Shown here: in pieces, positions 25,391-38,305 of the stretch | Position numbering within the stretch: the first letter of the stretch is position 1 | Layout: each line of letters starts with the position of its first letter | Assembly: GCA_028534125.1 (NCBI GenBank) | Contig: CM052816.1 | Location: 55,306,001-55,370,000 of the forward strand | Origin: Lama glama | Taxonomy: Eukaryota | Length of the DNA stretch: 64,000 bases | Direction: 5' to 3' | The notes under the pieces: generated by a model | Database searches by the model: none | Told to the model about the DNA's origin: nothing | The model's input: the letters and a program-made list of their open reading frames with translations, nothing else | Position numbers and translations under genes: made by a program

Positions 25391-26364
25391 GTTCTTCAGT
25401 TGTCACAAGTGAGCACAGAAGTTATGGAAGAGTTTTGATTAGCTCTTCATTCAGATTTCAATTCCAAGTGCTCCTAACTGGGCTGGGGGAGTGGTACTTC
25501 CTTCCGGGAAGCTCAGGAGGCACTGCATATGAGCAATTCCAGTGCAAATGACTAAGAGTGGTATTTTAGTACCCACGGCCAAGAATTTGTCCAGAGGGAC
25601 ACAACTACTTGTAAATAGAGAATTAAAATTTTTCCTTTTTTCCAGAACTGGAAGACAGGTTTTGAAAACTCCCTGACAACATTCAGTATGCAAAATTATT
25701 TTCCCATGGCCCTCTAGGCCACCCTCGGTACCATTCCTCTCTCTTAGTGCTTTCAAAACTCTGGGCCCTCTCACTATGCTCACCGACAAGGGTCCCCAGC
25801 CTTGGTGCACCACCAGGCTCTGACACAGTTCCACACTTCTCATACGTATTTTCTGCTTGCCCATTCCTCGTCCCCCATCAGAGCTAAACTGCCCTCATCT
25901 TATTTCTTCTAGGCACTCATTTTGTTCACTGCAGTAGATGGTATTAGGTTAATATGTTCTCTTAGTTAACATAACATCTTAACCTTGTGTGAAGACATCA
26001 CTCTGAAAGCTGTTGTTCTATTTAAACATGACAATCAATGTTCTGAATAATTGTGTGGGGGAACAGGAGTGGGTAGAGAAGAGGAAAGAAGAAAGCTGTG
26101 ATTCTTTTAGGACTTAAGTGCATTTGAGTCACAGGTCTGTGCCAGAGGCCAAAGTACAAATCTGGTGGAAGAGCAGCGAGTGAAACAGCTCCCTCACCAG
26201 GGAGTGTGACCTCTCTGGATGTGCCATCATATTATTCTCTGAATGTCTTATTTTTTTAATTCTAGTGTAGCCTACTAGAAATAATTTTTAGTGCTAATTA
26301 ATGCTCATACTAAATGCCTGTTAGGGATGGGTTTGGTGTTGGTAAATGTGGGGTCAAGATGCTA

Positions 26365-26525
26365 AAGCAAGACTTCTCAACTTGAGTGTGCCAAAGAATC
26401 ACAGAGAGCTTGCCTGGATTTCAATTCTTGGGTCCCACCTCTAGAGTTCCAGTAAGTCTGGGGCAGGCCCAGTGTCATTCAGGCTCCTAGGTGGTTCATA
26501 GGCCACACTTTGAGAAACAAAGTGC
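26365..26525. mobile_element. MER5-like hAT-Charlie element
   Basis: cttctcaacttgagtgtgccaaagaatcac...gggtcccacctctagag...ccacactttgagaaaca. Confidence 0.6.
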
Positions 26526-28894
26526 CAAAGACCCTCCAGACAGGCAGAATCGTTGCATGATGCAAACTAGGAATTAGCAGGTGTGGTGAGCTTCTCCCTT
26601 GTCTTTCACACATCACACTGTTGTACTAAAATTTCCCTCACCTTCTGCCAAGTGGCCTATGTAGCTGAGCACCCATCCAGGATCCAGTCAAGATTCACAC
26701 AACATATTGGGTTATTATGTCTCATTATTGTCCCCAGTCTGAAACCCAGCCTCCACTGCCCTTGGTTCTTCGTGATGTTGAATACGCTCTAGCGTCCAGG
26801 TCAGTTGTCCTACAGAATATCCCACATTCTGGATTCTTCTCTTTTCCTAGAATTCTGTTGAGGTCTGACATTATTCATTTATGCACACAGCTGATGGTGA
26901 GTACCTTCCATTCCCATGACGTCAGGGGAACATGATGAAAGGTCATCCCGTGGAAGGTGATGGCACAGGTGCAGTGTTCTCAGTATTTCTCCACTCACAG
27001 GGGGACCGTCTTTTTACAGGGGGAGATTTTACTTTCACTGCTCTACTGCTAGTCCCGCCCGAGTCTCCACTCCGCCATAACTCACAAGGTGGCCCTAATA
27101 TTTTCAATTCTCTACTATGTATGGATTGAAGAGAATGGTACTATTTCCTGTCTCCTAGTTACGTTGCAGGCTTGAATTATAGATTTTATTTTTTCTCTTT
27201 CTTGATATATCTGCTTTTTGGAAGATGTATGGAGAATTAGAAGTCCTGTCATTTTTCTGTGAGCGCTTGGAATTGCTAAATGAGCTTTTAAGGTCAAGTT
27301 TTCTTTAAGCCTCCAAGAGTTTGAGCCAGACATGAGCTATGATATAGGCACTTGACTTTGCTTATAAGGAAATATTTATAGTGAGGCAAAGCTTGGTTTT
27401 TTCCTATATCCAAGATGAAAATAGACGGTAGACAGGCAGTGATTGATAGTTCTTAAAATGAACACAAAAGGTAGTTATTTTGTGCTTTTATTTTTTCATA
27501 TTTTGCTTTAAATTATTTGGTGGCATTTCCAGCTGGCTATTATTATATGAGTGATTTTATCTTTAATATAGTTTATTTCTATAAAGAAATCTTAATCACC
27601 TGCAGTTATGTGCTAATCTGTGCTGCCAATAAATCTAGGAAGCAATATAAAATACTCTTAAAATCCTCTGAAATTCCAGACCATGCCTCACTTTAGTTGA
27701 AGGTAGTCATGGTACAGGACTGGGAAATAAAGAGAAACTTTCTCATATATACAAGCCAAAGAAATAAAGTAATGGCAAGTCACCTTAAATCTTTTCTGGA
27801 ACAAGGTTGGGTTTTTAATTCAATTTTTAAAATTAATTTATCAACACCAGATGTTCCTTCAGTTAAAAGCATTTCTTGTGAAGAACTGAGGATAGTCACA
27901 AAGCCGTTGAACTCTTTAGCGGTCTCCTCTGATCCTCTCACTTCACAGGTGAAGAAGCCAAGGCTGGAAAAGGCAAGCAACTTGTTCAAGATCATGCGGC
28001 TTGTCCAAGACAGACCCAGAGAGACTCAAGTCCAGATAAAGGCGGAAGTACAGGAACATAGCAAGGACATATAGCCAATGAGACAGGTCCTTGAGATCCT
28101 CAAATTATGCCCCAGAGCTGGAGGCAGAACGTCTGTGAATACGGCTGGCTCTGCCTTTTGTGCACCTTTACCCTGGGGGTGTGGGAATGTTAATGCATCG
28201 TGTCCAAGATTTCATCTCACATCTCACTGTCTATCTGGCTTTCTTCTGTGGACTCTCTCCCTCTAACCTGATCACATTATAGACATGATTTACCCTTTTT
28301 AATTTGTTCGTGTGTACCACTGAAGACTCCTTTTTGGACCCAAAATAGCAGCAGCTCCAAGTGAGACATTAAAATCAAATGACCCCGTTAAGCACAACCA
28401 GTCCTTGCTGGCCTTATAAATCACTTTCAGAGAATTGTAGAGCACCACTGGGATTTTAAGGAAAAATCCTCAGAGCCATTGACAGAAACTATATTTCTGT
28501 TTTTCTCGTTTCCTCCTTGGGTTGAAAAATTCTTTGTGCTTCCTTTCTCCTTCAGGAAACCAGGACATCCATCCACGTCTGGCTATCGGCCCAGGAGAGA
28601 TGTGCCTGAACGCATTATGCTGAAAGGGTTTCACTGTGTCACTGCACTGGGAGATTAAGTGGCCAGGATGACATCACACAAGAAAACTGGAGTAAGAACT
28701 GTCACCCTCCCTAACACAGCAACTAAGACAGTAGATGTCTTTGACCTAGACAATCTCCTCTCCTGAAGGAAAGGGAGCAAGGAGGGACACTCAGGTAACC
28801 AGGACCAGAAATTCCTTCTACTCTTATCAGCAAAAGCTTCAGAGGAACATATTATACTTAAATAAACTGATTATGGGGAAGAATCTGAATTTCT

Positions 28895-29580
28895 TTCAGT
28901 TTTATCAGGATGTAACTGACATAATGTGTAAATTTAAGGTGTACAGCATAATGACTTGACTTACATATATCGTGAAATGATTACCACAGTAAGCTTAGTT
29001 AATTCCATCATCTCATGGACACAAAAGGAAAAAGAAATGTTCTTTTCCTTGTGATGATAACTTTTAGGATTTACTCTTAGCAACTTACAAATATACCATC
29101 TAGTAGTGCTAAGTATGGTCATTATCTTGTACATTATATCCCCAGTACTTATTTATCTTTTAACTGGAAGTTTGTATGTTTTGACCATCTTCTTCCAATT
29201 CCCCTACTTGCTGACCCCCACTTCTGGTCACCAATTCTATTTTCTTTATTTGTGAGTTCAGGGTTTTGTTTTTTGCTTTTGTTCTGTTTCTGTTTTTAAT
29301 TCTACACATAAGCAAGATCACACAGTATTCGTCTTTCTGTGTCTGACTTATCTCTCTTAGCATAATGCCCTCAAGGTCTACCCGCTTGGTCACAAATGGC
29401 AAGATCTCCTTCCTTTTTATGGCTGACTAATATCTCGTTGTATATACACACGTACATCCATACACGCAACCACAGTTTCTTTACCCATTCATCTGTGGGT
29501 GAGCACTTAGGCTGTTTCTGTGTCAATGCTGTTGTACATAATGCTGCAGGGAACACGGGGTGCAGACCTCTCTCGGATGT
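28895..29580 (-). mobile_element. L1 (L1MA9-like) 3' end
   Basis: Minus-strand MFPAALCTTALTQKQPKCSPTDEWVKKLW and PFVTKRVDLEGIMLREISQTQKDEYC match the L1 ORF2 end region, followed by 3'UTR. Confidence 0.85.
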
Positions 29581-29839
29581 GGTTTGTGCTTTGGGAAGGA
29601 CCTTCCTGAGTATCAGTGCCCCCCGATAACTCCGTCAGAGCACATTTGTCCTCTAGGCCGGTGGCGGTCTCATGGGCGTTTTTCTTACCAAGATGAATTT
29701 TTCTTTCCGTTTCCCGGCCATCTGCCCTGAGCTAGGGGATTTTCACTCAGCTTGTCGTTATTCCTCACTCTGCTTCTTGTTTTCCTGAGGACAAGCTGTG
29801 CTCACTTTGCATGACAGAGCACGCTCACAGAAGACGGCT

Positions 29840-31645
29840 GTACAAGCTGGAACCACGCAAAGTGATCTTATCCATGAGAGAAAATTGCAGTTGCTCTGTG
29901 ATTCTTACAAATTGTTGTCTGGGAGATAACAGAAAGTATATATTGGTTTCTGTTCCTGGTTCCTGGCACAGAACTCCTGGAACTCTTGTCATTTCCTAAG
30001 TGATAAGAGCACCAGGAGCATCTCTGTTCTTTTGAGGTGACTCTGGGTGGGCTCTAGATGGGGGATGGTCACCAGAAAGACCAAGCCGTGACTAGAAACT
30101 TGGCATTTTCAGTGCTGTCTCCATCCTCCAGAAAGGAGAGAGAGACTAAAAATAGAGTTAATAATTGATCAGGCCTAGGTGATGAAATAAAATTCCAGTA
30201 GTATGGGGTTTGGAGAGCTTCCTGGCTGGTGAACACATTCACGCTGGGAGGGTGACTCACCGCCTCCACAGGGACAGCAGCTCCCGCATTCAGGACTCTT
30301 CCAGGCCTCGCCCTAATGTATCTCTTCACCTGGCTATTTATCTATGTCCTTTATTGTATCCTTTAATTAACTGGTAAACAGGAATAAATGTTTCCCTGAG
30401 TTCTGTGAGCTGTTTTAGCAAATTAGTTGAACCCAAGGAGGAGGTCACTGGAATCTCCTGTCTACAGCACAGGTGATGACGTGGGCTGTGCATGGCCTCT
30501 GAGTCTGCGTGCGTGTGTGGATCTGCGGAGCTGGGGGCAGGGGGAAGCAGTCTTGTGGGACTGCGCCCTTAACCTGTGGGATTGAGTTGGATTGTAGGAC
30601 ACCCAGCTAGGGTCAGAGAACTGCTTGGGATGGGGAAAAACCTCCACACATTTGGTGACCACAAATGTCACAAGTGAAATGTTTGTGTGACTAATTAAGG
30701 AGACACAAGAAAAACTCACAGAAGGGAAAAACCCAGTTCTCCCTTCCGTGTAGGGACCTTACATAGAAGGGAAAAGCTGAGTTTTTTCACGTACCATTGT
30801 ATAAGCATGAAAAATTCTTGCTATTGGTAATAAATGTATAAAGAAATAAAAGAGAGTAAAATTTAGTACACTGTAATTTGAAACATTACAAACACTGGGG
30901 CTTGAACAGCTTTATTTCATTCTCTTTATATCTCAAAAATACTCTTTCTCAAGAGTAATTTGAACCATTATCGCCTTCTTGTTGTATAATTTATGAGAGG
31001 AGCAAACGTCTTTCCATTGCCTTGGCAAATCATCACAGTCTTTTTAAAGTTTGCATCAGACTCCAGTGTTTTATCTTTTGCACTTTCAATGTGGTGAAAC
31101 TGTCTCCAAGTGCTCCTTTAATGTGGAGTTTTTTGCCCATGTCACTTCCTCTGAGATACTGTCATCTTTTTTGTCACTGCTGCTCTTTAAATTTATGTCA
31201 GTAAATTTTATTTGTTCTTCTGGCTACAGATCTAGAGTCTCCTGAAGAGCAGCAGTGTGAACACCTCCATCGTCACTGCAGTGTCTATAATTCCAACTCA
31301 GTTTACATTTCACTTTCCACATCATCACATCTTGGTTTTTGCCGCAGTTTATCACCGGGAGATCAGTTTAACACAACTACGCTTTGCTACCTGTGGTTGA
31401 ACTAACAGACAGGCAGTGACCGAGCACTGGCAGACGCTGAAAGAAGAGGCGTGATTGGTCACTGATCAATGTATTGATCTGTTATGCACGCAGTGATTTG
31501 TAAACTGAAGAGCTACCAGTAAATCTGCACTTTATGCAATTACTCATAGTTATTATAGTCGGTAAAATTTGAGCTGCATTGTTGGGGACTGATGTTATTA
31601 ACTAAACCATGGTAGTATGAAAACCATGCAATATGTGTCTGTATG
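29840..31645. mobile_element. Tigger13a-like ancient DNA transposon split by an LTR
   Basis: gaaccacgcaaagtgatctta...(LTR)...aaaaattcttgctattggtaataaatgtata...gtgattggtcactgatca...tgttggggactgatgttatttaactaaaccatggta. Confidence 0.55.
29916..30796 (+). mobile_element. MER21-like solo LTR with TSD
   Basis: TG...CA termini flanked by TTGT (29912-29915 and 30797-30800). ggtcaccagaaagaccaagcc, tttccctgagttctgtgagc and cacacatttggtgacc are MER21 motifs. Confidence 0.8.
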
Positions 31646-31829
31646 TCGTATTTTACATGGTTTTCATAGTCTTGATATAGAAGGGTTTGTCCTGCTTGGG
31701 CAAAACGGAAAAACTATGTCAACAATCTTGCTCTTCCTCAACTAAGGAAGTTGTTTACACCTCTATCTCATTAAAAACTAGCCCAAACTAACTGATCTGA
31801 ATAGGAGACTGCAGCATTAGAAAGATGTG

Positions 31830-33345
31830 AGTCACTTCTTCACAAATTCTTCTAGTAATATTACACAAACCCAGCTGAAATCCCAATGGGATTTTAGGGA
31901 GAATAATTTTAATTTTAAAGTTTGTCTGGAAAAATATACAGGAAGAGGCAAGAAAAAACTTGCAAACAAGGATAATGGGAAAGGTTCTGTCCTATCAGAT
32001 ATTAAAATAATATCTAAAGCTATAATTAAAATAAGGAACTAGCACCAGAATAAGCAAATTTAGTATCTGATAAAACTGGCATTCCCAGTCAGAAGAAAAG
32101 AGACAGACTAATTAATAACTGCCCCATTTAAAGAAGTAAGGAAAGGAGTTCCATTCCCCTGGTAACCAGCAAATAGAAGCTGAAGCAATGAGAAACCACA
32201 TTTAACTACCAGACTGTTAAGTATTTAAGAGAACAATAATTTCCAACATTGGCGATGCTGTAATCAGAGTGCCAACTGTCACATTTCTGAATGATAATAT
32301 GTATTGAAGCCTTTAAAAGGTGCATAGCCTTTGACCCAGCACTTATGAGGAGACAGGCTCCTGGACAAAACCCTGTGAGTGGCTTTTTGGGCCTGACCAT
32401 GGCAATTACAAAGGCTTTCTCTGGCAGGCCTCCCCACACCAGGCGTGGGGCACAGCCACTCACTGTGGTCCCAGGTGAGATGCACTCAATGACCCAGGTC
32501 CTCCTCGCTGCTCAAACTCTTCACATTATTTCCATTGCAAGCCAAGGGCCTTCATCCCTGAGTCTCTGGGAGGCCTTGGGCGAGTTCTTCAGGTGCCTTA
32601 GCGGTGGCCTCCTCATTGGGGGAGCAAAGGGGAAACCTGGAAGACACTTTGCCCACCCTGGCTCAGCACTCAGCACTATTCCACTCCTACGTCTCCTCCC
32701 TCAGGCTCCCCGTGATCCTAGAGCTGATGAAACTGCCCGAGTCTTTTGTTTGGGGCTCCCTTCACAGTGAGACAATCCCCAAGGCTGCACAGATCCACCT
32801 GACCCTCCACCAGGGCGCAGCCCCACCAGGAAAATTAAAGATGGAGGGTCAGTTCTTTGTCCAGCTCTAGCCTTTTACTTCGACTATTGCAGAAAGTGAG
32901 TAAAGCCTTGATTCTAACTTTAATTTGGGCTCATTATTGCTTCATCTTGTGTCAAACGCTTTAACATTTAACAGCTCAGCTGTCTCTCCAGGTCAGCTAA
33001 GCCCCTGAGAACTTACATTCCAAGGAAATAACAAAATGTGCAAAGTGCTATATAAAGATGTTCAACACAGTATTGTTTACAATGGGGGAAAGCTTTAAAA
33101 ACACCTAACTGCTCATCAATAGGGGACTGATAAAATAAATTAAAATGCACGTATATATTGAAATATCAGACAACCACTAAAAGTCACATCTTGATTTATA
33201 TTTTTGGCATGGAAATATGCCCCTGAAATAACGTCAAATAGAAAAAAGTGACAATATGGCATGCATAATAAGATTCCATCTTGATTTAAATATGTGCACA
33301 TATCCATGCACCTGAGCTCACAGATAAAAGTCTGGAAGGATGGTA
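31830..33345 (+). mobile_element. Degenerate L1ME fragments, interrupted by unique sequence
   Basis: DIKIISKAIIKI-like ORF2 remnant; gatgttcaacacagtattgtttacaat...ctcatcaataggggactgat. Confidence 0.45.
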
Positions 33346-33354
33346 ATACCACAT

Positions 33355-33550
33355 TTGTGTGTGCTTACTCTGTGCAAAGAGTTTTTCTGAACATTTTATG
33401 TATATTAGCTAACGTAATTCTCAAAAGGTAAGTGCTTTTGTTATACTCATTTTATAAATTAGAAGTTTGACGCATGCACTGTTAACAACGTACCTGAGTT
33501 TACAGTGATGGAGCTAAAATTCTAATACAAGCACTCTAACTCCAGAATCA
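33355..33550 (-). mobile_element. MIR SINE
   Basis: catttgtgtgtgcttactctgtgc...ctcattttataaattagaag...tctaactccagaatc. Confidence 0.55.
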
Positions 33551-33719
33551 ACCGATTCTGAGTGTGCTAATTAATAAAGCAGCCTCATCAAGACAGAATT
33601 AGTGGTAGTTGCTGGTTAGTGGGGTTGCAGTAGTCATTACTTGGTTTTTATGCTTTAATATTGTTTGAATTTTTCAAAAATATATTACCTTTATCACTAT
33701 TGTCATTTTCTTAAAGAAA

Positions 33720-34690
33720 TGAATACAGTTGGAAGTAGCAGAATGTCAACATTAGAATAAACAAATAGGAGTCTCATTTTCTTACATAAGAAATCTGGAG
33801 GTAGGTAGCCCAGGGTTGGTTTACCTGCTCAAAGATGTCATGAAGCATCTAGACTCTAGCTTTCTGCTCTATCATCTTTAATGTTTTGGCTTTTGGCCTC
33901 ATGGTGGCAAGACAGAGAGGGCACCTTGAGACATTGTGTTGAGTTTCAGGTAGAAGAAGGGGAAATTGATGAAGTAATCAAGGAAGTGTCTTTGGATGCA
34001 CCCTCAGCAGACCTGTGTTTACATCTCACAAGTCAAAGCTATGGTACCCAAGCTGGAAGCCATCAAGAACCAGGAAAACTCAGATTTTAATCTTACTTGC
34101 AAGCTAACAAATTAGGCTGCCATCATTTCATGGATGCCCCAGAAGGTATGAGGCTCCTGGGTCAGAGACAGAGAACTTTGTCAGCTATAGCACCGCAGGC
34201 AGCATGAGCTTTGTGTCTGCACTGATTCCCCTTGCCTCCACCCCACCCCAAGCCACAAGGGCAACGTGCAGGCAGGTCCAGGTTAATACCGAGAACCCAG
34301 TGGGTTTGTGTCACAAACGCGAAATGCTCAGTTCAGTAGGCCGCCATCTTTTAAAAGGGTTGCTGGCCAACATGCCCAGCTTATGCCTTGGAAGAAAACT
34401 ATCTTTATTACCCTGCCCTCTGCCTCAGAGGAAGATGCTCTATCTGCCAAGGCTCTTCACCATACATACTTCCTTAAAACTACAATCCCCAACAAACTCT
34501 GATACAATCCTTCTTACATACAAACTCTACTCACCACCTGGAAAGGCCTCTCAAAATCTTACCCAAGTATAGCATCTGGCTCAAAGCTCATGATTTTGTG
34601 ATCTGCATCAGGCTAGATGTGGCTCTTCTTTATCCTGAGACTTATGAGCAACCGGAGTATTGATACTATACATCAATATGACCATGCTCT
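33720..34690. mobile_element. MLT1 LTR and MaLR internal sequence, with a second LTR-like insert (~34118-34500)
   Basis: aagaaatctggaggtaggtagcccaggg (MLT1); gaggctcctgggtcagagacagagaac...cagcatgagc (ERVL LTR-like); agcatctggctcaaagc...gagacttatgagc (MLT-int). Confidence 0.5.
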
Positions 34691-34769
34691 TTAGCAAGAG
34701 CAACTACTTCATGACCCCTGACAGGATGACAACTGCTAACAGATGGCATCAACTGTAAGACACAGCCCA

Positions 34770-35680
34770 ATTTCAGATACCACAAAATATGGGGAAAAGC
34801 ATGTGTTATTGTTGATGGACTATGGAAAGTTTCACAGCTATCAGCACATAGAAGGCATTTGAAGCCATGGGACCATTTGACATTGCCTAGGTAGTGAGCG
34901 TACATAGAAAAGAGGTTGTAGAAAAAAGCCCTGAGATACCTCAATATTTAGAAAATAGGAAGGTGAGAAAGCCAGCAAAGAAGAGCGACAATGTCCAGCA
35001 AATGAGGTAGGAGAAGAACCAAGAGAAATAGTGTCAAGGAGTGAAGTGAAGAAGTCATCTCAAGAGGAGGGAGTGGCCAGCTGAGTCGGATGCTGTTGAC
35101 AGAGTAAGAGTAGGACCGAGAACTGACTCTTGGCTCATAGCAACATGGGGATCATTGGTGACCTCAGCTAGAGCTATTTCAGTGAACCGGTAGAGGCAAA
35201 AGCTGGATAGCCATGAGTTCAGGAAAGAATGGGAGGTCAAGAACTGTGAAAGGTGAGTAAAAAGAACTTTTAAAGGGAATTTTTTGGCAAAGGGGAGCTA
35301 ACAAATAGGGCAGTAGCTGAAGGGGACACCAGGCCAAGGTATAGCTTTTTAAGATGGACTATACAGAAGAATGTTTGGATGCTAGCAGAAATGATCCGGT
35401 ATAGTGGACGAATCTGATAATGTTCAAGAGAGGGAATAAATGCGAGGGTCATGTCCTCAGCTAGGTGAGAAGGATAAGAGCCAGGAAACACATGAAGGGG
35501 TTGGCCAGGGGTAAAAGCCAGGACCCCACACCCATTATAACAGGTGTGGGAGTGATGCACGAGTTGGTAGATGTGCTGGTGGGAGTGTTCGCTTCCAATG
35601 ACTGTCTTCTCAGTGAGGCTCCCCTCCAGCCTGCTGAGGGTGAGGTGAGGGCTGTTCTTTGCCAGGAACAGAAGACATTC
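34770..35680 (-). mobile_element. L2 LINE fragment
   Basis: Minus-strand frame FTEIALAEVTNDPHVAMSQESVLGPTLTLSTASDSAGHSLLL resembles the L2 RT motif STETAL.KVTND.......S.L.LLDLSAAFDTVDH.LLL. Confidence 0.75.
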
Positions 35681-36433
35681 ACCAGAGCCTCCAATAATTT
35701 TTTGGTAGAGTTTCTTGGGTTTGGTAAATAATTTATATTCATTATTTATGCAAAATATGTTCAGACTATAATTAATAATTTTCTTCCACATTGCAATGCC
35801 CATCCCTACCATTGTTGCCTTTTCATTACTGTGTCCAGAACTGCTATGCTAAGGTTAATTGATGACTTCTAGCATGCATCCTAGATTTGCTTCTGAAATT
35901 AACAGAAATGCTTCTTGTGTTTCTCCACTGAGTGTGAGACAGCTGCTATTTTAGAAAAGCGCTACCATTTTCAATTAAGGAAGTATTCTATTTCTGAAGT
36001 TTTAAATTGGAAACGTGGGCTTTTTATCAAATGCTTTCTGGGTATCGACTGATCATATAATTTTTTCTTAAGTTCCTGATATACTATGCTAATAGATTTT
36101 TTTCCCTTAGATAACTTACTGGACTTCATCTCAGTTATTAAGAAATGACCATTGAATGGAATCTGGGAGTGGATTTTAAGTTTGAAAAAAAAGCACGGTA
36201 TTGTCCAGTTGGTCGTGATGTTTTTGTTGTGTGAGTTCTCTGGGAAGACCCTGGAGGAAGGAATGTAATCACTGAGATTGAAATCTGTTTGAAAGCCTGT
36301 GATCGTTATGCAGGCAGCATCCTCTCAGCACAGTTCATTCCAGTCTAATTACAGAGAAAATTATGAATTAACAGCAGTTGATGAAGAGTTTAGATCCCAC
36401 TTTTTCCATTGTCACATCCAAGCCATGAAACTA

Positions 36434-36751
36434 CAGTTATCCCTCCGTAACCACAGGGGATTGGTTCTAGGACCTCCCATGGATACCAAAATCCGCAGAT
36501 ACTTAAGTCCTTATATAAAATGGCACAGTATTTGCATATAACCTACACACATCCTCCCACATACTTTAAAATATCTCTAGATTACTTATAATATCTAATA
36601 CAATGTAAATGCTATGTAAATAGCTGCTGGCAAGCAGTAATTCAAGCTTTGCTTTTTGGAACTTCCTGGAATTTTTTCTCTTTTAGATTATTTTCAATTC
36701 ACTGTGGACTGAATCCACAGACGCAAAACCCATGGATACAAAGGGTGACTA
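36434..36751 (+). mobile_element. MER2-like Tigger DNA transposon with TA TSD
   Basis: ta|cagttatccctccgtaaccacaggggattggttctaggacc...cccatggatacaaagggtgacta|ta; terminal inverted repeats present. Confidence 0.85.
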
Positions 36752-38029
36752 TACAAGTCTTTTTCTGTACTCAGTAAACGGTCTTCACATTTTTTATTTT
36801 GTGATTATTCCCACTCCTTAGAGAAAGAGAAAAAAAAATCTAAAAACATCTGTTTAAAGAAAAAAAATGGTATTAGAAGAAGTGAAGAGCAACTTGGCCT
36901 TGATCCATTGCTTTTAAGCAAGTCAATATTACACAAACAGATCAATTCTATTTTTCACTTTGCATACAAACTTCAATTAAACTATACCTATCATTTAAAT
37001 GTGCCCTTCAAATGAGCCATTGCACTATTATTCCTGCACTGTTTCAGTAAGTACATTTGCATCCTAGCTCTTTTGCAGTGTTGATTTAATGTTAGTGACT
37101 TGAGATTACAGTTACTGACATTAAAAAACCTTCACCGTTGGAACCAGAAAGCACGATACAAGCTTCTCCCCTCTTTGTCTATCGCACAGGACAGCTTAAC
37201 GCAGGGCTGCAAGAAATAGAGAGACTGATGCTGCCTGCACCTCACTGCTCATCTGAGTTTACCGAGTCACTGTGTAAAGACGGCTGTGCTCTGAGGCTTT
37301 CCCCGGAGCCTCACCAGTCCAATTCTCTCTCTGTGCTTGTGATGCTGCATCCCAAGGCTCTGCATTAAAGCATAATTAGAACAGGCGTTCCCCCTGGAAG
37401 CCAGAACGTCCTTTCTATTGCCAGTTCTTAGGACCAGAGGGAGAGGTTTCAGGATGCTAATTCCTCTACAAAGTGTCTATCCTGCTATCGGGGAGCCTGA
37501 GAATGCTTAAGAGATTCACACCCAGTGCACAACATTATCAGATTCAACACGGGACATACAAAGTAGATCTCAGGCATCCTGTAAGTTTAAAATCAATTCC
37601 TACACGAATTGGAAATATGATGTGTCTATAGACATGTAGCTCGGGTTTGGTCGTTTATATCTGAGCTCAGTTGATGAATTCACAATGCCACCTTTTCCTT
37701 TAATTTTAGGCAGACAGCAAATTGACTTGAGTGGCAGCTGCTGCTATCATTTAATACTTTCCAAATCATCAAATGCACACAAATAGTTCTTTTTTGCCAG
37801 ATGTACTCCCGTGATCCTACCTGAATTTATGCCCCAGCAAGCTGCCGTATCTATATTTGAAATGCACCAGCCTGTGGAAGTGCTGTGGTTTTCTTGATTT
37901 GGCTTTTTAGTGGCACCACCTCAGGGTAAAGTGCTGCATGCTTTCTGGTGGAAAAACCCTTGGGACAGCTGTTGGAAATAATGGAATGTCAGTGGGCATC
38001 CCATCAGTTTACAGGAGTCAGCAGGACAG

Positions 38030-38305
38030 CAGGGGTTCTAGGGACACATTATATGGCCTGGATCCCTGCCTCTGCTGCTTTCCTGCTGCATGACTTTGGC
38101 AAGTTCCTTGGAAGCCTCTCTTTTTCATCTACAAAATGGCAGTGATAATAGTATTTGCTTTGTAGGGTTATGAGAAGAATTTTATATAGCTATAGAGCTA
38201 AGATACAGATGAGACAGACAGACAGACAGGGATAGGGTTATAAGGAGTGTCTCCCACAGGGTCTGGCACAAAGTAAACACTGAATGAGAGAGCTGTGATG
38301 ATGCT
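38030..38305 (+). mobile_element. MIR SINE
   Basis: cctggatccctgcctctgctgcttt...tgactttggcaagttcct...catctacaaaatgg. Confidence 0.7.

Noticed and set aside
32291..32770. 159-aa ATG ORF
   Set aside because: Begins in L1-like sequence; no recognisable domain or exon structure. Cannot be fully excluded without a search.
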